Below the pieces are notes generated by a model that saw nothing but the letters and a program-made list of their open reading frames with translations, did no database searches and had not been told where the DNA came from. This document shows, piece by piece, positions 39,542-52,100 of a DNA stretch of 64,000 nt; the stretch's first letter is position 1, and every line of letters starts with the position of its first letter. The stretch comes from Eledone cirrhosa. Its lineage: Eukaryota. The DNA is taken from positions 127,162,001 to 127,226,000 of the forward strand of contig OZ024743.1 of the NCBI GenBank assembly GCA_964016885.1, given 5' to 3'. A program made the position numbers and the translations under genes.

Positions 39542-40540
39542 TGGTGACCCTAACGTGAAAGAGAAACACCAAACACTAAAATAGTGACCCCGACGTAAAA
39601 TAACACCAACTGAAGAATGAGAAAAAAAAAAAATTTCTATTCCCACCTCACGTGGTGACAACGTTGAAATGCTTCTAACTTGGCTGTTTATACTTTCGCT
39701 ACAACTTACTACGAACCATTCATTAAATTGGACTCTTTCATTTTTGAACATGATATTTCTTTTTCTGAAAATTACACCTCGTGTCTTTCTCGTTCAACCA
39801 AGCTTTTGTTTAAGACCAACAACCAATATGGCGACTGCTACCTTCCTCTTTCATTTTCGAACAGCCATCTTGTCTTCTTCGTTTCGTCATTTTTCCGCGC
39901 GGTGGATTTTACCAACACACTCATTGCTATTCATCTCAAAGAATAGTTCGGCCACGAGCTACTTTATTAATGCCAGTAAAAAAATTGCGACACCTTGCGT
40001 CGTAAATTGACGTCACTTGCTGGGCATTTTTATGCACGTTCGTTCTGCGGTCAGCTACTCAAAAGAAACTTATCTGAACTCACTCAAATCAACAACCGCT
40101 CATCTGGATTTACTCAGATCACTGCGCTCAACTGTTTTTTTTTTCAACACTGACCAACCTACTTTGGATTCGCTGAACATTTCTTCTGACCAGTTCTCCT
40201 GCTGCAAATTGGAATATTTACCTCTTCCATCTTCTGAAGGGAAAATTCTCTGCGATATTTCTACTGGATCATCCAGACCACTTGTTCCAGATTGCCATCA
40301 GTGTACCGTTTTTGATGCACTTCATTCCTTGTCACATCCTGGCATAGCTGCCACGGTGAAGCTTATTACGGCTCGATTCTTCTGGCCTAATATGCGTCGT
40401 TTAATCACCAGTTGGGCACGTTCTTGCTTGAAGTGTCAGCGCTCTAAGATTCATCGGCATGTCCCGCTCCTCTTGGGAAATTCAGCTCGCCAGACGCACG
40501 TTTCCGCCATATACACATGGATATTGTTGGTCCATGGCCC
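39542..40540 (+). mobile_element. Gypsy internal remnant: tRNA-Trp PBS and integrase HHCC region
   Basis: PBS-like TGGTGACCCTAACGTGA (39542) and TAGTGACCCCGACGT (39582). Protein LCDISTGSSRPLVP, LHSLSHPGIAAT..RFFWP..WARSCLKCQRSK, then HIHMDIVGP. Confidence 0.85.
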
Positions 40541-42803
40541 GTATTTCTGTCCTCCTGTGAACCAATGATGTATCCCTCACATTTCTTGAGCAGAAAGGAC
40601 AAGGGGTTTAATGACAAGATGACCAATATCACAGAGAGACTGTCCCCCTGAAATATACCCCTGCAATATTTTATTTTATCAGTGAAAATAGAGTCCTCCC
40701 TCTCTGTCTTTAACCTTAGGATAGTAGCCCAAGAAGAAGACAGCCTCTCTATGGCTCTGACAATAATGTCTGGGACTTTAGCAAGTTGGAGGGCCTCTAT
40801 CATCCAAGAGTGGGGAACAGAATCGAAAGCTTTCCTGTAGTCCAGCCAGACTGTAGTCATATTCCTCCTAAGTTGTCGCACCTCCGACATCGCAGTTTTG
40901 TTGATTAGGAGTTGCTCAGCACATCCCCAAACCAAAACCCTTTTCTTTCCAGCTGCTTGTTCATCTGTGATGATGTTATTATTTTCACAGTGATCTTGGA
41001 GGAATAGGTTGAGGCAGGCTGTATACATCTTATACATCAGGTTCTGGCATGCAATGGGTCGGTAGTTTTTTGCCAAGAGGGTGTCTTTGTTCTTGGGGAC
41101 CAGTAACGTTTGTGCTAATATCAACCATTCTGGTATAAGTGTATCTCCCTTAATAACTTGTTGGTAGAGGTCAGTAAGATTCCTCCGATAGAATATTAGT
41201 TTTTTGTACCAGTAGCCAACAATCATGTCTCTTCCTGGTGTTTTCTTATCTTGGAGTTTTCCTATCACAGTCTCAAGGGTACCCTCACTTATTTCGTATG
41301 TTTTTGTTGTAGTGTAGGAGCAATAGTTCTTTCGGATTTCCCTTAGCCACACTGGATCTTGGTTGAAATTCTTCTTTTCACCCTATATTTTTCTCCAAAA
41401 GGAATCTGTCTTTCTGGGATGGGACCTCAGTGACACTTATTATTTTGCCCTTCATATCTCTATAGACTGATGTTTGGTTTCGTCTGAATCTTTTATTAAG
41501 CATTTTTCCCTCGTCTACCTTCTTCGGGTATCAGCGTTTTTCGCTAACAGCTTTCAATTCTTGTTTGAGGGTGATCAGCTTATATTGGAGAGTTCTGGTT
41601 CTACTGTTACCAAACATCGTCTCTATTTTATTTTTCACTCTTTGTTGGTGAGGAGTGAGGTTTTTTTGTGTTTGTTTGCATGTAAGGCGCATTGTCACAT
41701 GTCCTATGTTTTTTCGTAGGTCAGCACTCTTTTTTTCTATTTTAGTTATATATGATGGCATTTTTGGTGGTGTTTTGTTCTTGTTAATACCTCTGCTATC
41801 ACCAAGATAATGCTTCACTGTCATTGCTAAGGCATATAAACAGGCGTTGGTTTGCAAAAATGTTGGGGTTTTTATCCGTCGTAAATATTCATCCACTATT
41901 TCGTCAATAACACGTAGTATTTCATTATTTGGTTTTTTATTCACCATTGTCATTTAAACACGTTCAGCAAGAGAGATATTTATACATGAGTTAATTTCTC
42001 TCTGGAAGATTTAGTTGAGGGAAATTTTCAATTGTTTATACTTTTGATTATCATTATCGATAGTATTTTCCACAACAGTCGAGGTAGACTCGGATGGTAT
42101 ACGTGGTGTCACATTTATTCGATTATTATTATTATTTCTTCGATTATTATTATTATCGATAGTGTTTTCCCCAGCATTCGAGGTAGACTTAGATGGTACA
42201 GGTGGTGTCAAGTTTCTTACAGGCATAGTTGTTTCAAGGCGCTGTTCGACCTGGCTGCTAGGAAGTCTAGTAGCATGGCGATCTGTAGCACGTGTTGTTG
42301 ATTCCATGTTTGTTGTGGGGGACTTACAATTAATAATATTTATCTTATTTTTACGTTCAACAAACGTCGCTTGTTGGCGTAATTGTTTCGCTGTGAAATA
42401 ATTTAGCTCTGGGTGCATTTCGTCCCAGTGTAGCTTCATTCTATTCATATAGCCAATGGAGGGATTGTTTTTTGCCATTTTATAACAATTAAATAAATCA
42501 TTATTAAGTTCGCAACTCCAAGAGAAATGCGATTTATAATTTCGGTTTCTTCTGTAGCTACAACTGAATAAAGTTTGATTACCTTCTTTGTTATTTGTCT
42601 TCGATACTTCCTTAATTTTTTTGTTGATGTTGTGTTCAGCCATGCTGTTTGTAGCAAATCCTTGTAAAATGAATTATGTATTTAGAAGAATAACGAGTTA
42701 TTCAACCTGGCTGTAGTTGTAGCATTACTGTCGGAGATAGTATTCATCTTAAATTTAATAAATAGTCTCCGACGCCAAAATATGCGACTGATCGCGTTGA
42801 CTT
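40541..42803 (-). mobile_element. R4/Dong-like RLE LINE, second family, 5' half (3'-truncated in RT)
   Basis: ATG at 42643 with an N-terminal domain homologous to 14380-14652. KNYRPIAC, WLDYRKAFDSVPH, GIFQGDSLS. The 5' end abuts (ATAC)n at 42804-42832. Confidence 0.88.
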
Positions 42804-43029
42804 GTATGTATGTATGTGTGTATGTATGTATGCTCTCTACCCAAGCTGCTCTCCGACAGTAATGCCACAACTACCAGTCATGTTGAATAACTGGTTATTC
42901 TTCTAACTATATCTACTGAAGACACCTTTTATTCGAATTCGTAGAGATATGCGACTAAAAACATAATTCATTTTACAAGGATTTGCTACAAACAGCATGG
43001 CTGAACACATCAACAACAACAATGGAAAA

Positions 43030-44075
43030 AATGCAACGAAACACTTTGGTTTAAGAATATCCCTGATAAAAATAACGCTAAGTTTACTGTATTTGACATC
43101 ACGGATCCCTGTTCGTCTATTTCCCATGCACTTTTAGATAGAGCTTTACACTTTGTCTGTTGATTCGGCTCGATTAATGACCAGGAATTAGATGTTATTA
43201 TGCACGCAAGAAAGACACTACTGTTTTCTGGCGATTCCACCTGAGTTACAACCCAAGCCCAGAGGATCTTTTCGATGTCTCGATGGGGTCGTACGATCGC
43301 GCATATTTTTGTGATTTGGTTGAGTTATTTACCCTCCATACCCGCAAGGGGAAATGTCAAGAGCACAGCATCGGATTTATTCATGACGATGACCAGTGGC
43401 CCCCTTTAATAACAACGGCCATTCCCTAGACACGTGCCGTAAAGACCTAATACAGACCTTTAAGGAATTAGGCCTCCACATAACGGCAGATACTAATTTA
43501 ACTAATGCGAATTTCTGAGATGTCAATTTAGATTTAACAACAGGTACCTAGAGAACCTCCCATAAGCCTAATGAAAAATTAAGATATATCAACTGAGGGT
43601 CATGTCACCCCCTCCCAGTAATATTTAAAAACCTGGTCCCTAATGTTAGTCGTAGGATCTCGCCTTTATCTTAATCTAAAGAAATATTCAATAAAGCGAC
43701 CCCATATTACAATAAAGCTCTTAATGATAGTGGTTTCAAGGAGAGGATTACATATATCCCAAATAGTAACAACCTAAATAAAACTAAAATAGAAATAGAA
43801 AAATTATTTGGTTCACACTACTATACTCCCTAGCAGTGAAAACCAACGAAGGTAGAACATTCTTACAACTAATAGATAAGTACTTCTCACCACACCATAG
43901 ATATAATAATATATTTAACAGCCCATCGATGAGGTCTAAAACAATCGCAAAAAAAAAACACAAGACGACAACCCAGGCTGCTCATGTAGGAAAAAAGAAG
44001 AATGCCCCTACAACAGGTAAACGGGCAACAAATGAACGATATGTGGGAATGACATATAACCGCTTCAAACTGCAC
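43030..44075 (+). mobile_element. Penelope-like element RT/GIY-YIG remnant
   Basis: Degenerate FTVFDI, IMHARKTLLF, FDVSMGSYD, DD motif, RKIIWF, FLQLIDKYF, YVGMTYNRFK. Confidence 0.8.
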
Positions 44076-44111
44076 AGGGATAGACGGAGGGTGAGAGAGT
44101 GAGAGAGAGGT

Positions 44112-44178
<67 letters not shown>

Positions 44179-44883
44179 GAAATTGGAAATAGCACGGAAA
44201 ATATATTTAAGGATCTGTTTTTCTTTTTCTTTCTTCTTTCTTTAATTCGTCAAAGTGACATTTTAAAAATGAGTCTTATAATGTATATAAAGTATATAAA
44301 GTATAACCGGTTTCGATATATTAGTAAAATCGTATCAAATGTTGAGTATTACAATTAAAAAAATTAATAATAATTAAAAATTAAAAATTAAAGATTTAAA
44401 ATTAAGTGTCGAGGCAAGTTTTTTTCATCTTTCTTGTTGAGAAGAAGACAGGAAAAATGGAATCTTGTGTATAGATAGAGAGGGGTAGTCATGGTAGTAG
44501 CAGCAGCAGTGGTGGTAGTTGTATTTTTTCACACAGAACAAAATTGTTTTTAGGGAGAAGGAGATTATCTGTAAATATGTGTGTGTATCTCAATTGTGTT
44601 AATGGACTATATATATGTGTGTGTGTATATGTGTGTATATGTGTGTGTGTGTGCGTGTGCGTGCATATGAATGTAACGAGTCAATTAGAAGGAAAAAAAC
44701 GCTCTCTATATAAAAACAGCTAATTTATTATGATTCGTACGCTCGAAACATAAGTTTTATAGCTAGGCTCAGATTGCAAAATGCCGTTTGTTGAGGCGTT
44801 AAATTCAAAATGTCTGAACGAGACATATACACCATATTATGCTTAACGTCGTCTTGGTACTGCTAATCAATCAATCAATCAAT

Positions 44884-44916
<33 letters not shown>

Positions 44917-44917
<1 letters not shown>

Positions 44918-44970
44918 GGGGTAACAAATAATTGTTATATGCTGTCCATATAACAATTATTTGTTACCCA

Positions 44971-44971
<1 letters not shown>
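44917..44971. mobile_element. 55-bp minimal MITE-like palindrome in (TA)n
   Basis: GGGTAACAAATAATTGTTATATG-ctgtc-CATATAACAATTATTTGTTACCC, flanked by TA. Confidence 0.65.
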
Positions 44972-45015
<44 letters not shown>

Positions 45016-45466
45016 TAAACGGAATAGAAAATGCTGACAAATTGTTCACAGTTGAAAAATGGTTTAATTAGGAATAAAAGAGTATTAGTGATTGTATGGG
45101 TTAGTATTCAGTTGTGGTTTTAAGTTTTTAAGTTTTTACCGGTTGCGCATTTCTAAATGCTTTTCAAAAATAATTTTGAGATAGAGTGTCCGTGCTGTTT
45201 GCTCTGATCTGATTAGTTTTGGGAATTCTATCTGTTTTTATGTTAAAAAAGTGGCTCCAGCGTTATTTTTGTGTTGCAAAAATGCTTGTGGTCAAAACAA
45301 TTTTGATTGGTCGGTAGAGGTCATGTGAATGTAAAAAGTTGATTTTGCGCCAAGACTGTTTTTATGCAAAAATTATTGGTCAAAACAATTTTGATTGGTC
45401 GGTAGAGGTCATGTGGATAAAAAATTGGTTTTGCGCCAAGATTGAGAAATGACTCTTTCACAACAA

Positions 45467-45578
<112 letters not shown>

Positions 45579-45784
45579 GTGTGTGTGTGTGTGTAGTAGT
45601 AGTAGTAAGGTGTTCGATGCTGCGACAATGGCCAGCAGCGATGTGTGTCAAATGGCTATTAAGATAAGTGTGTGTGTGTGTGTATATAATACAAAAAAAT
45701 ATATGTGCATATATATGTATGTATATATGTATATATATATATATATATGTAGTGAATGTGTGTATGTGTGTGTATATATATAGT

Positions 45785-45885
45785 GAATATCATTTCACAC
45801 CTTACACGTGGACATGCCTACAAGATAAGAAAACAGCACAGCTCCCATGACTTTCGCAGACATTTTTTCACGCTCAGAGTTGCTG
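45785..45885 (+). mobile_element. CR1 LINE extreme 3' fragment
   Basis: Translation TRGHAYKIRKQHSSHDFRRHFFTLRV. Confidence 0.7.
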
Positions 45886-46024
45886 TAAGAGAACCGATTT
45901 TACTGAAAAAATCGAATAATGTACACCATTTTACCAGGGGGAAAAAAATACTGGTCCACCCACACACACACACACATATATACACAAACACATACACACG
46001 CGTACATCAACATACAAAGAGACT

Positions 46025-46061
<37 letters not shown>

Positions 46062-46259
46062 TTCTCCGTATAAGACAAAAGCTGAAAAATATCTTTTGAC
46101 CTTCGAATGACTCTGCTATATATATACACGCTTGGCTAAGTTTGACCCAACAAGGCGTTTCCATAGTGATGCTGCGAGTACGCTGTTGTAAACACTTGGA
46201 GTAATAATAAATCAGGAAAGAAGAGTGACACGGTTTGCTATACAAAAAAGGTTTTTAAT

Positions 46260-46378
46260 CTCATTGCTGACAATTGTTTCTCTGAACTGGTAGGTCTAGA
46301 GATCGCTATCCGCTTATTTTCACGTTACTCGATCGCCAATACAAAGTTATAACCAGTCAGTTCATCGGAGCTTGCGAG
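46260..46378 (-). ncRNA. Hammerhead ribozyme variant with long stem-II insertion
   Basis: Minus strand reads GCT-CCGATGA-A-CTGACTGGT..~60 nt..ACCAGTTCAG-A-GAAA-CAATTG-TC-AGC. Confidence 0.62.
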
Positions 46379-46873
46379 AATGAAGAGAATATACAGGTAT
46401 GAAAAGAATATACAGGCTACTATATGTAGTAGTAATGGCATTCAGTTAGAACAATAACAACAATATCAACAATGCTAGCAATAAATTATTTGAAATAATC
46501 ACAACATCAATCTAGGTGGGAAGTATAGTATATCTATGATTTTAGCGTGAGGCAGATATATAGAATTGACATGTAAAAACCGTCGTAGGGTGTATTATAT
46601 CAAGTGTAAAGATAAGCTGGTGTTTTTAAACAATGTAGTCCAGGTGGCCGTAATAGTCGGTTTTTATCTGACCGATGAAGTATTTATCACTGTAGTGGAA
46701 TTTGTGTGGTCTATATTAGATGAGAGGGCTGTCTATCTTTCTCATCCTCAATAACATACATGTATAAGACAACACCAACAAAGCTAAATAATGGGCAAGT
46801 TAATACAGAGGTTAAGGAGGCAATATATATATATATATATATATACATATATATACACACACATATGCACACA

Positions 46874-46949
<76 letters not shown>

Positions 46950-47962
46950 TAAGTCCTTCATCAGTGACCCTCCAACCGTCCCAGGCATTTCATCGCTTTA
47001 AGGGCCATATGCCTCAGGTTGGTGCGAACAACGGCTAAAAAAAGTCGTTGGGACACGTAAACAAAGAGGACGCCAGGGTAACAAACAAAAAGGTTTAAGC
47101 AACGGAAAGTGAGAAGAAATAGACAAGTCCCAGATCTCTATGAATATAAACTCGGTGAAATCGTGAACAAGAGACAAAAGACCATCAAACCTGGTTGAAA
47201 TGTGAGCAAGGAAAGAATTTCGCACAAGTCTGACGGGGGGGGGGGGGAAGAGAAAGAAGAAGAAGAAGAAGAAGAAGAAGAAGAAGAAGAAGAAAGGGTC
47301 TGGTCTACGAATTCGGTAAACATAAGTTTTGTGAAGTCGCAGACGAAAGAGAGAGAGAGAAAAAAATTTCCATACCAGCTTGGTCAAGACCGCGCGAGAA
47401 AAGAATTACACACAGGTCAAACTTGAAGGAGGAGGAGGAAAGAGGAGGAGGAGAGGTAGTGACAGAGAATGAGTGAGTGAGAGTTGAGGAGGAGGCTAAC
47501 AGAGAGAGAGACTGCTAGAAAGGGTAAAAGGTAACGAGTAACGAGTGGCAGCAGAAGAAAAATTATGTGTAAATATGATAATAATAGGCTGCCCGTTGCA
47601 AATGGTGGGGCATATGAAAAAGTAAGTCCTTCATCAGTGACCCTCCAACCGTCCCAGGCATTTCATCGCTTTAAGGGCCATATGCCTCAGGTTGATGTCG
47701 AGGCCCTCCCTCCGTATAGCCTTGCGGATAGCGTTGGTGGTTTTCTCGCCCAGGTGTGGCATTTTATACTCTTCCCTTCATTCTACACATCTCACACATC
47801 TTATACACACCACGCATCTCAACGTACACCCACTTACATCTCTCTCTCCACCACCGGACCTTGTTACCCGGAGATTTACCCATTTGCATTGTCGAGGCTT
47901 CCAAACGACTTAAAGATATTTACTTATTGTTCCACAATGCTTCAAGCAAACTTCAATACTCT

Positions 47963-48053
<91 letters not shown>

Positions 48054-48215
48054 CCCCAATATATATATATATGGAACTAGCTGTTGAACGGCAAGAGCTC
48101 AGCCGTTGGGGTCCTGACTTATTCATATAACCACACTCTACTACTACCCCAAGTATCGAGTACTCTGGTGAGTAATGATCTAACCAGTTTCTTACTGAAT
48201 CCATCTTGATTTATG

Positions 48216-48247
<32 letters not shown>

Positions 48248-48316
48248 CGTGTGTGTGTGTGTGAGTGTGTGTGCGTGTGTGTGTGTGTGAGTGTGTGTGC
48301 GTGTGTGTGTGTGTGT

Positions 48317-48360
<44 letters not shown>

Positions 48361-48589
48361 TCGTGATCTCATCTAAATGGCTATGGATTTATCTGTCTAG
48401 TTATAGTTATTTACCAGGTTAGTGGATTAGATGACAAAGTGTAGATTTCTGTACGGTTTCAAGTTTCACTCAATGCCGTACTGAAAGTGGTTCTTTACAA
48501 GCATCACGCACAACGTTAAGCAAATAAAGAAAGACGGAAAGAATGAATGAATACATTGATGTATTCGAATCGATATTTGTAATTGTCAG

Positions 48590-48985
48590 AATATGGTAGA
48601 TTGGCAAAATCAATGAGATTGTAGACAAAATACCTTGTGTTGTTTAGTCCTCAGACCACGCCTATATTAACTTTGTCTTTTGCCCTTCGTGGCGGGGTGG
48701 GTGGGAATGTAGGGTAAAGTATGTACCGGCTAATTAGCAGAGTCGTTAGAGCGTCAGAGTGAATGTTTAGCCGTATTCATTCTGACTCACTGTACTCTGA
48801 GTTGAAATCACTCCGCCGAGGTCAACTTTGAAATGAACCCAGTACTCGGCTGGTAACTTAATTTATTGGTTCCGACAAGGCTGAAAAGCAAACTTGACCG
48901 CGACGTAATTTGAACTCAGAGCGCCGAGAGTTGTAATGAATACCGCAAAGCATTTTATTCGACGCCCTAACGACTCTGCCAATTA
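48590..48985. mobile_element. Cluster of tRNA-derived SINE copies (+ at ~48590-48720 and ~48730-48828; - at ~48838-48985)
   Basis: Homology to 33660-34050. The last two copies are tail-to-tail. Confidence 0.7.
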
Positions 48986-49139
48986 CCGGTCAAGCCAAGT
49001 ACTAATCCACTCATGTTATACACTCCAAATTTGGGTACCTGAGTCTATTTTAGAAATCGTTACTTTAAATGTCAGTAATGTGCATCTTATTTTACACAAA
49101 GGAATTGATAGTGTCTTTAGAAGTTGTCTGCAGTCATAA

Positions 49140-52100
49140 CTTACAGTAGTGTAATGTAATACAGTGTGGATTGATGTATTGTTGTGTGCAGTAGTTATGT
49201 AGTATTGTGTAGTATCGGGTGAGGTAGATCAATATAGTGTAGTGTCGTGTGATGTCGTGTAGCGGAGTGTAGTGTAATGTAATGTAGCGTAGTATAGTGT
49301 AGTATAGTAAAGTATAGTATGGTGTAGAATGGTGTAGTGTGGTGTGATGTAGTGTAGTATAGTATGGTATAGAGTGGTGTAGTATGGTGTGATGTAGTGT
49401 AGCGGGGTGTAGTGTGGTGTAATGTAGTGTAGTATAGTAAAGTGTAGTATGGTGTAGAGCAAAGGTTCTCAACGGGGGGCACATGCACCCCCCCCACCCC
49501 GGGGGGGGGGGGGGTTTCGGAACTCCAGGGGGGCGTTTGGGAGTAAGGTCGCGTTAGGGGGACGTTTGAAGCTGGGGGAGGGGGGTTAGGCGGCGCTGGA
49601 AGGCTCTTTATGTTGGCAAGTTTTATAAGCCATATTTGTATGTCTTTGAGACAGCCAGTGTGAATGCATTTGAATGAGCTTGCAGACAGCATAACTATAA
49701 TCTGACCGCAGCTGTGAGCAGGTGTGCAGGCATGTCTAGTAATTGAGATCCTAAAAATGGAAAAACCCACAGTCAACTGGGTCAATGACACTTTGAGCGC
49801 AGCCAGTTGTAGTGTGGTGTGGTGTGATGTATGGTCGTGTGAGGTGGTGTGATGTAGTGTAGTGTGGTGTAGTGTCGAGTGTGGTGGTGTATGGTGGTGT
49901 GATGTAGTATGGTGTGTGATCGTGTGATGTAGTGTAGTGTGGTGTGGTGGTGTGATGTAGTGTTGTGTGGTGGTGTGATGTAGTTTAGTGTGATGTAGTG
50001 TGGTGTGTGGTGGTGTGATGTAGTGTAGTGTGGTGTAGTGTGGTGTATGGTGATGTGCTGTAGTGTAGTGTGGTGTATGTTGGTGTATGGTGGTGTGTTG
50101 TAGTGTAGTGTGGTGTGTGATGTAGTGTGGTGTGTGATGGTGTGATGTAGTGTGGTGTAGTGTTGTGTGTGGTTGTGTGATGTAGTGTAGTGTGGTGTGT
50201 GGTGGTGTGATATAGTGTAATGTGGTGTAGTGTGGTGTATGATGGTGTGATGTATGGTGGTGTGTGGTGGTGTGCTGTAGTGTAGGGTGGTGTATGGTGG
50301 TGTGTGGTAGTGTGATGTAGTGTGGTGTGTGGTGGTGTGATGTAGTGTAGGGTGGTGTAGTGTGGTGTATGGTGAATGGTGGTGTGCTGTAGTGTAGTGT
50401 GGTGTAGTGTGGTTGTGGTGGTGTGATGTAGTGTAGTGTGGTGTATGGTGGTGTGCTGTAGTGTAGTGTAGTGTGGTGTATGGCGGTGTGTGGTGGTGTG
50501 ATGTAGTGTAGTGGTGTAATGTGGTGTATGGTGGTCTGTGATGTAGTGTAGTGTGATGTAGTGTGGTGTGTGGTGGTGTGATGTAGTGTGGTGTAGTGTG
50601 GTGTATGGTGATGTGCTGTAGTGTAGTGTGGTGTAGTGTGGTGTATGGTGGTGTATGGTGGTGTGAGGTAGTGTAGTGTGTGATGGTGTGATGTAGTGTG
50701 GTGTTGTGGTGTGTGATGGTGTGATGTAGTGTAGTGTGGTGTGTGGTGGTGTGATATAGTCTAATGTGGTGTAGTGTGGTGTATGATCGTGTGATGTATG
50801 GTGGTGTGCTGTAGTGTAGTGTGGTGTATGGTGGTGTGTGGTAGTGTGATTTAGTGTGGTGTGTGGTGGTGTGATGTAGTGTAGTGTGGTGTAGTGTGGT
50901 GTATGGTGGTGTGCTGTAGTGTAGTGTGGTGTGTGGTGGTGTGATGTAGTGTATGGTGGTGTGTAGTGTGGTGAATGGTGGTGTGCTGTAGTGTAGTGTG
51001 GTGTAGTGTGGTTGTGGTGGTGTGATGTAGTGTAGTGTGGTGTATGGTGGTGTGCTGTAGTGTAGTGTGGTGTAGAGTGGTGTATGGCGGTGTGTGGTGG
51101 TGTGATGTAGTGTAGTGGGGTAATGTGGTGTATGGTGGTCTGTGATGTAGTGTAGTGTGGTGTATGGTGGTGTGTGGTGGTGTGCTGTAGTGTAGTGTGG
51201 TGTGTGATGGTGTGATGTAGTGTGGTGTATGGTGGTGTGTGGTGGTGTGCTGTAGTGTAGTGTGGTGTAGTGTGGTGTATGGTGGTGTATGGTGGTGTGA
51301 TGTAGTGTAGTGTGGTGTAGTGTGGTGTATGGTGGTGTGTGGTGGGGTGCGGTAGTGTAGTGTGGTGTGTGATGGTGTGATGTAGTGTGGTGTGATGTAG
51401 TGTGGTGTGGTGTGTGGTGGTGTGATGTGGTGTGTGGTTGTGTATGGTGGTATGTGGTGGTGTGATGTAGTGTAGTGATGTGTGTGGTGGTGTGATGTAG
51501 TGTAGTGTGGTGTAGTGTCGAGTGTGGTGGTGTATGGTGGTGTGATGTAGTGTGGTGTAGTGTGGTGTGTGATGGTGTGATGTAGTGTAGTGTGGTGTAT
51601 GGTGGTGTGTGGTGGTGTGATGTAGTGTAGTGTGGTGTAGTGGTGGTATGATATAGTGTAATGTGGTGTAGTGTGGTGTGATGTAGTGTAGTGTGGTGTA
51701 GTGTGGTGTATGATGGTGTGTGGTGGTGTGCTGTAGTGTAGGGTGGTGTAGTGTGGTGTATGGTGGTGTGTGGTAGTGTGATGTAGTGTATTGTGGTGTA
51801 GTGTGATGTGTGGTGGTGTGATGTAGTGTAGTGTGGTGTAGTGTGGTGTATGGTGGTGTGCTGTAGTGTAGTGTGGTGGTGTGATGTAGTGTATGGTGGT
51901 GTGCAGTGTGGTGTATGGTGGTGTGTGGTGGTGTGCTGTAGTGTAGGGTGGTGTAGTGTGGTGTATGGTGGTGTGTGGTAGTGTGATGTAGTGTATTGTG
52001 GTGTAGTGTGGTGTGTGGTGGTGTAATGTAGTGTAGTGTGGTGTAGTGTGGTGTATGGTGGTGTGCTGTAGTGTAGTGTGGTGTGTGGTGGTGTGATGAA

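Noticed and set aside
34775-40610. Inversion splitting one R4-like element into 40541-42803 (-) and 34775-35995 (+)
   Set aside because: The ~65-bp overlap differs at several positions, and the interrupted Gypsy integrase does not resume at the other breakpoint.
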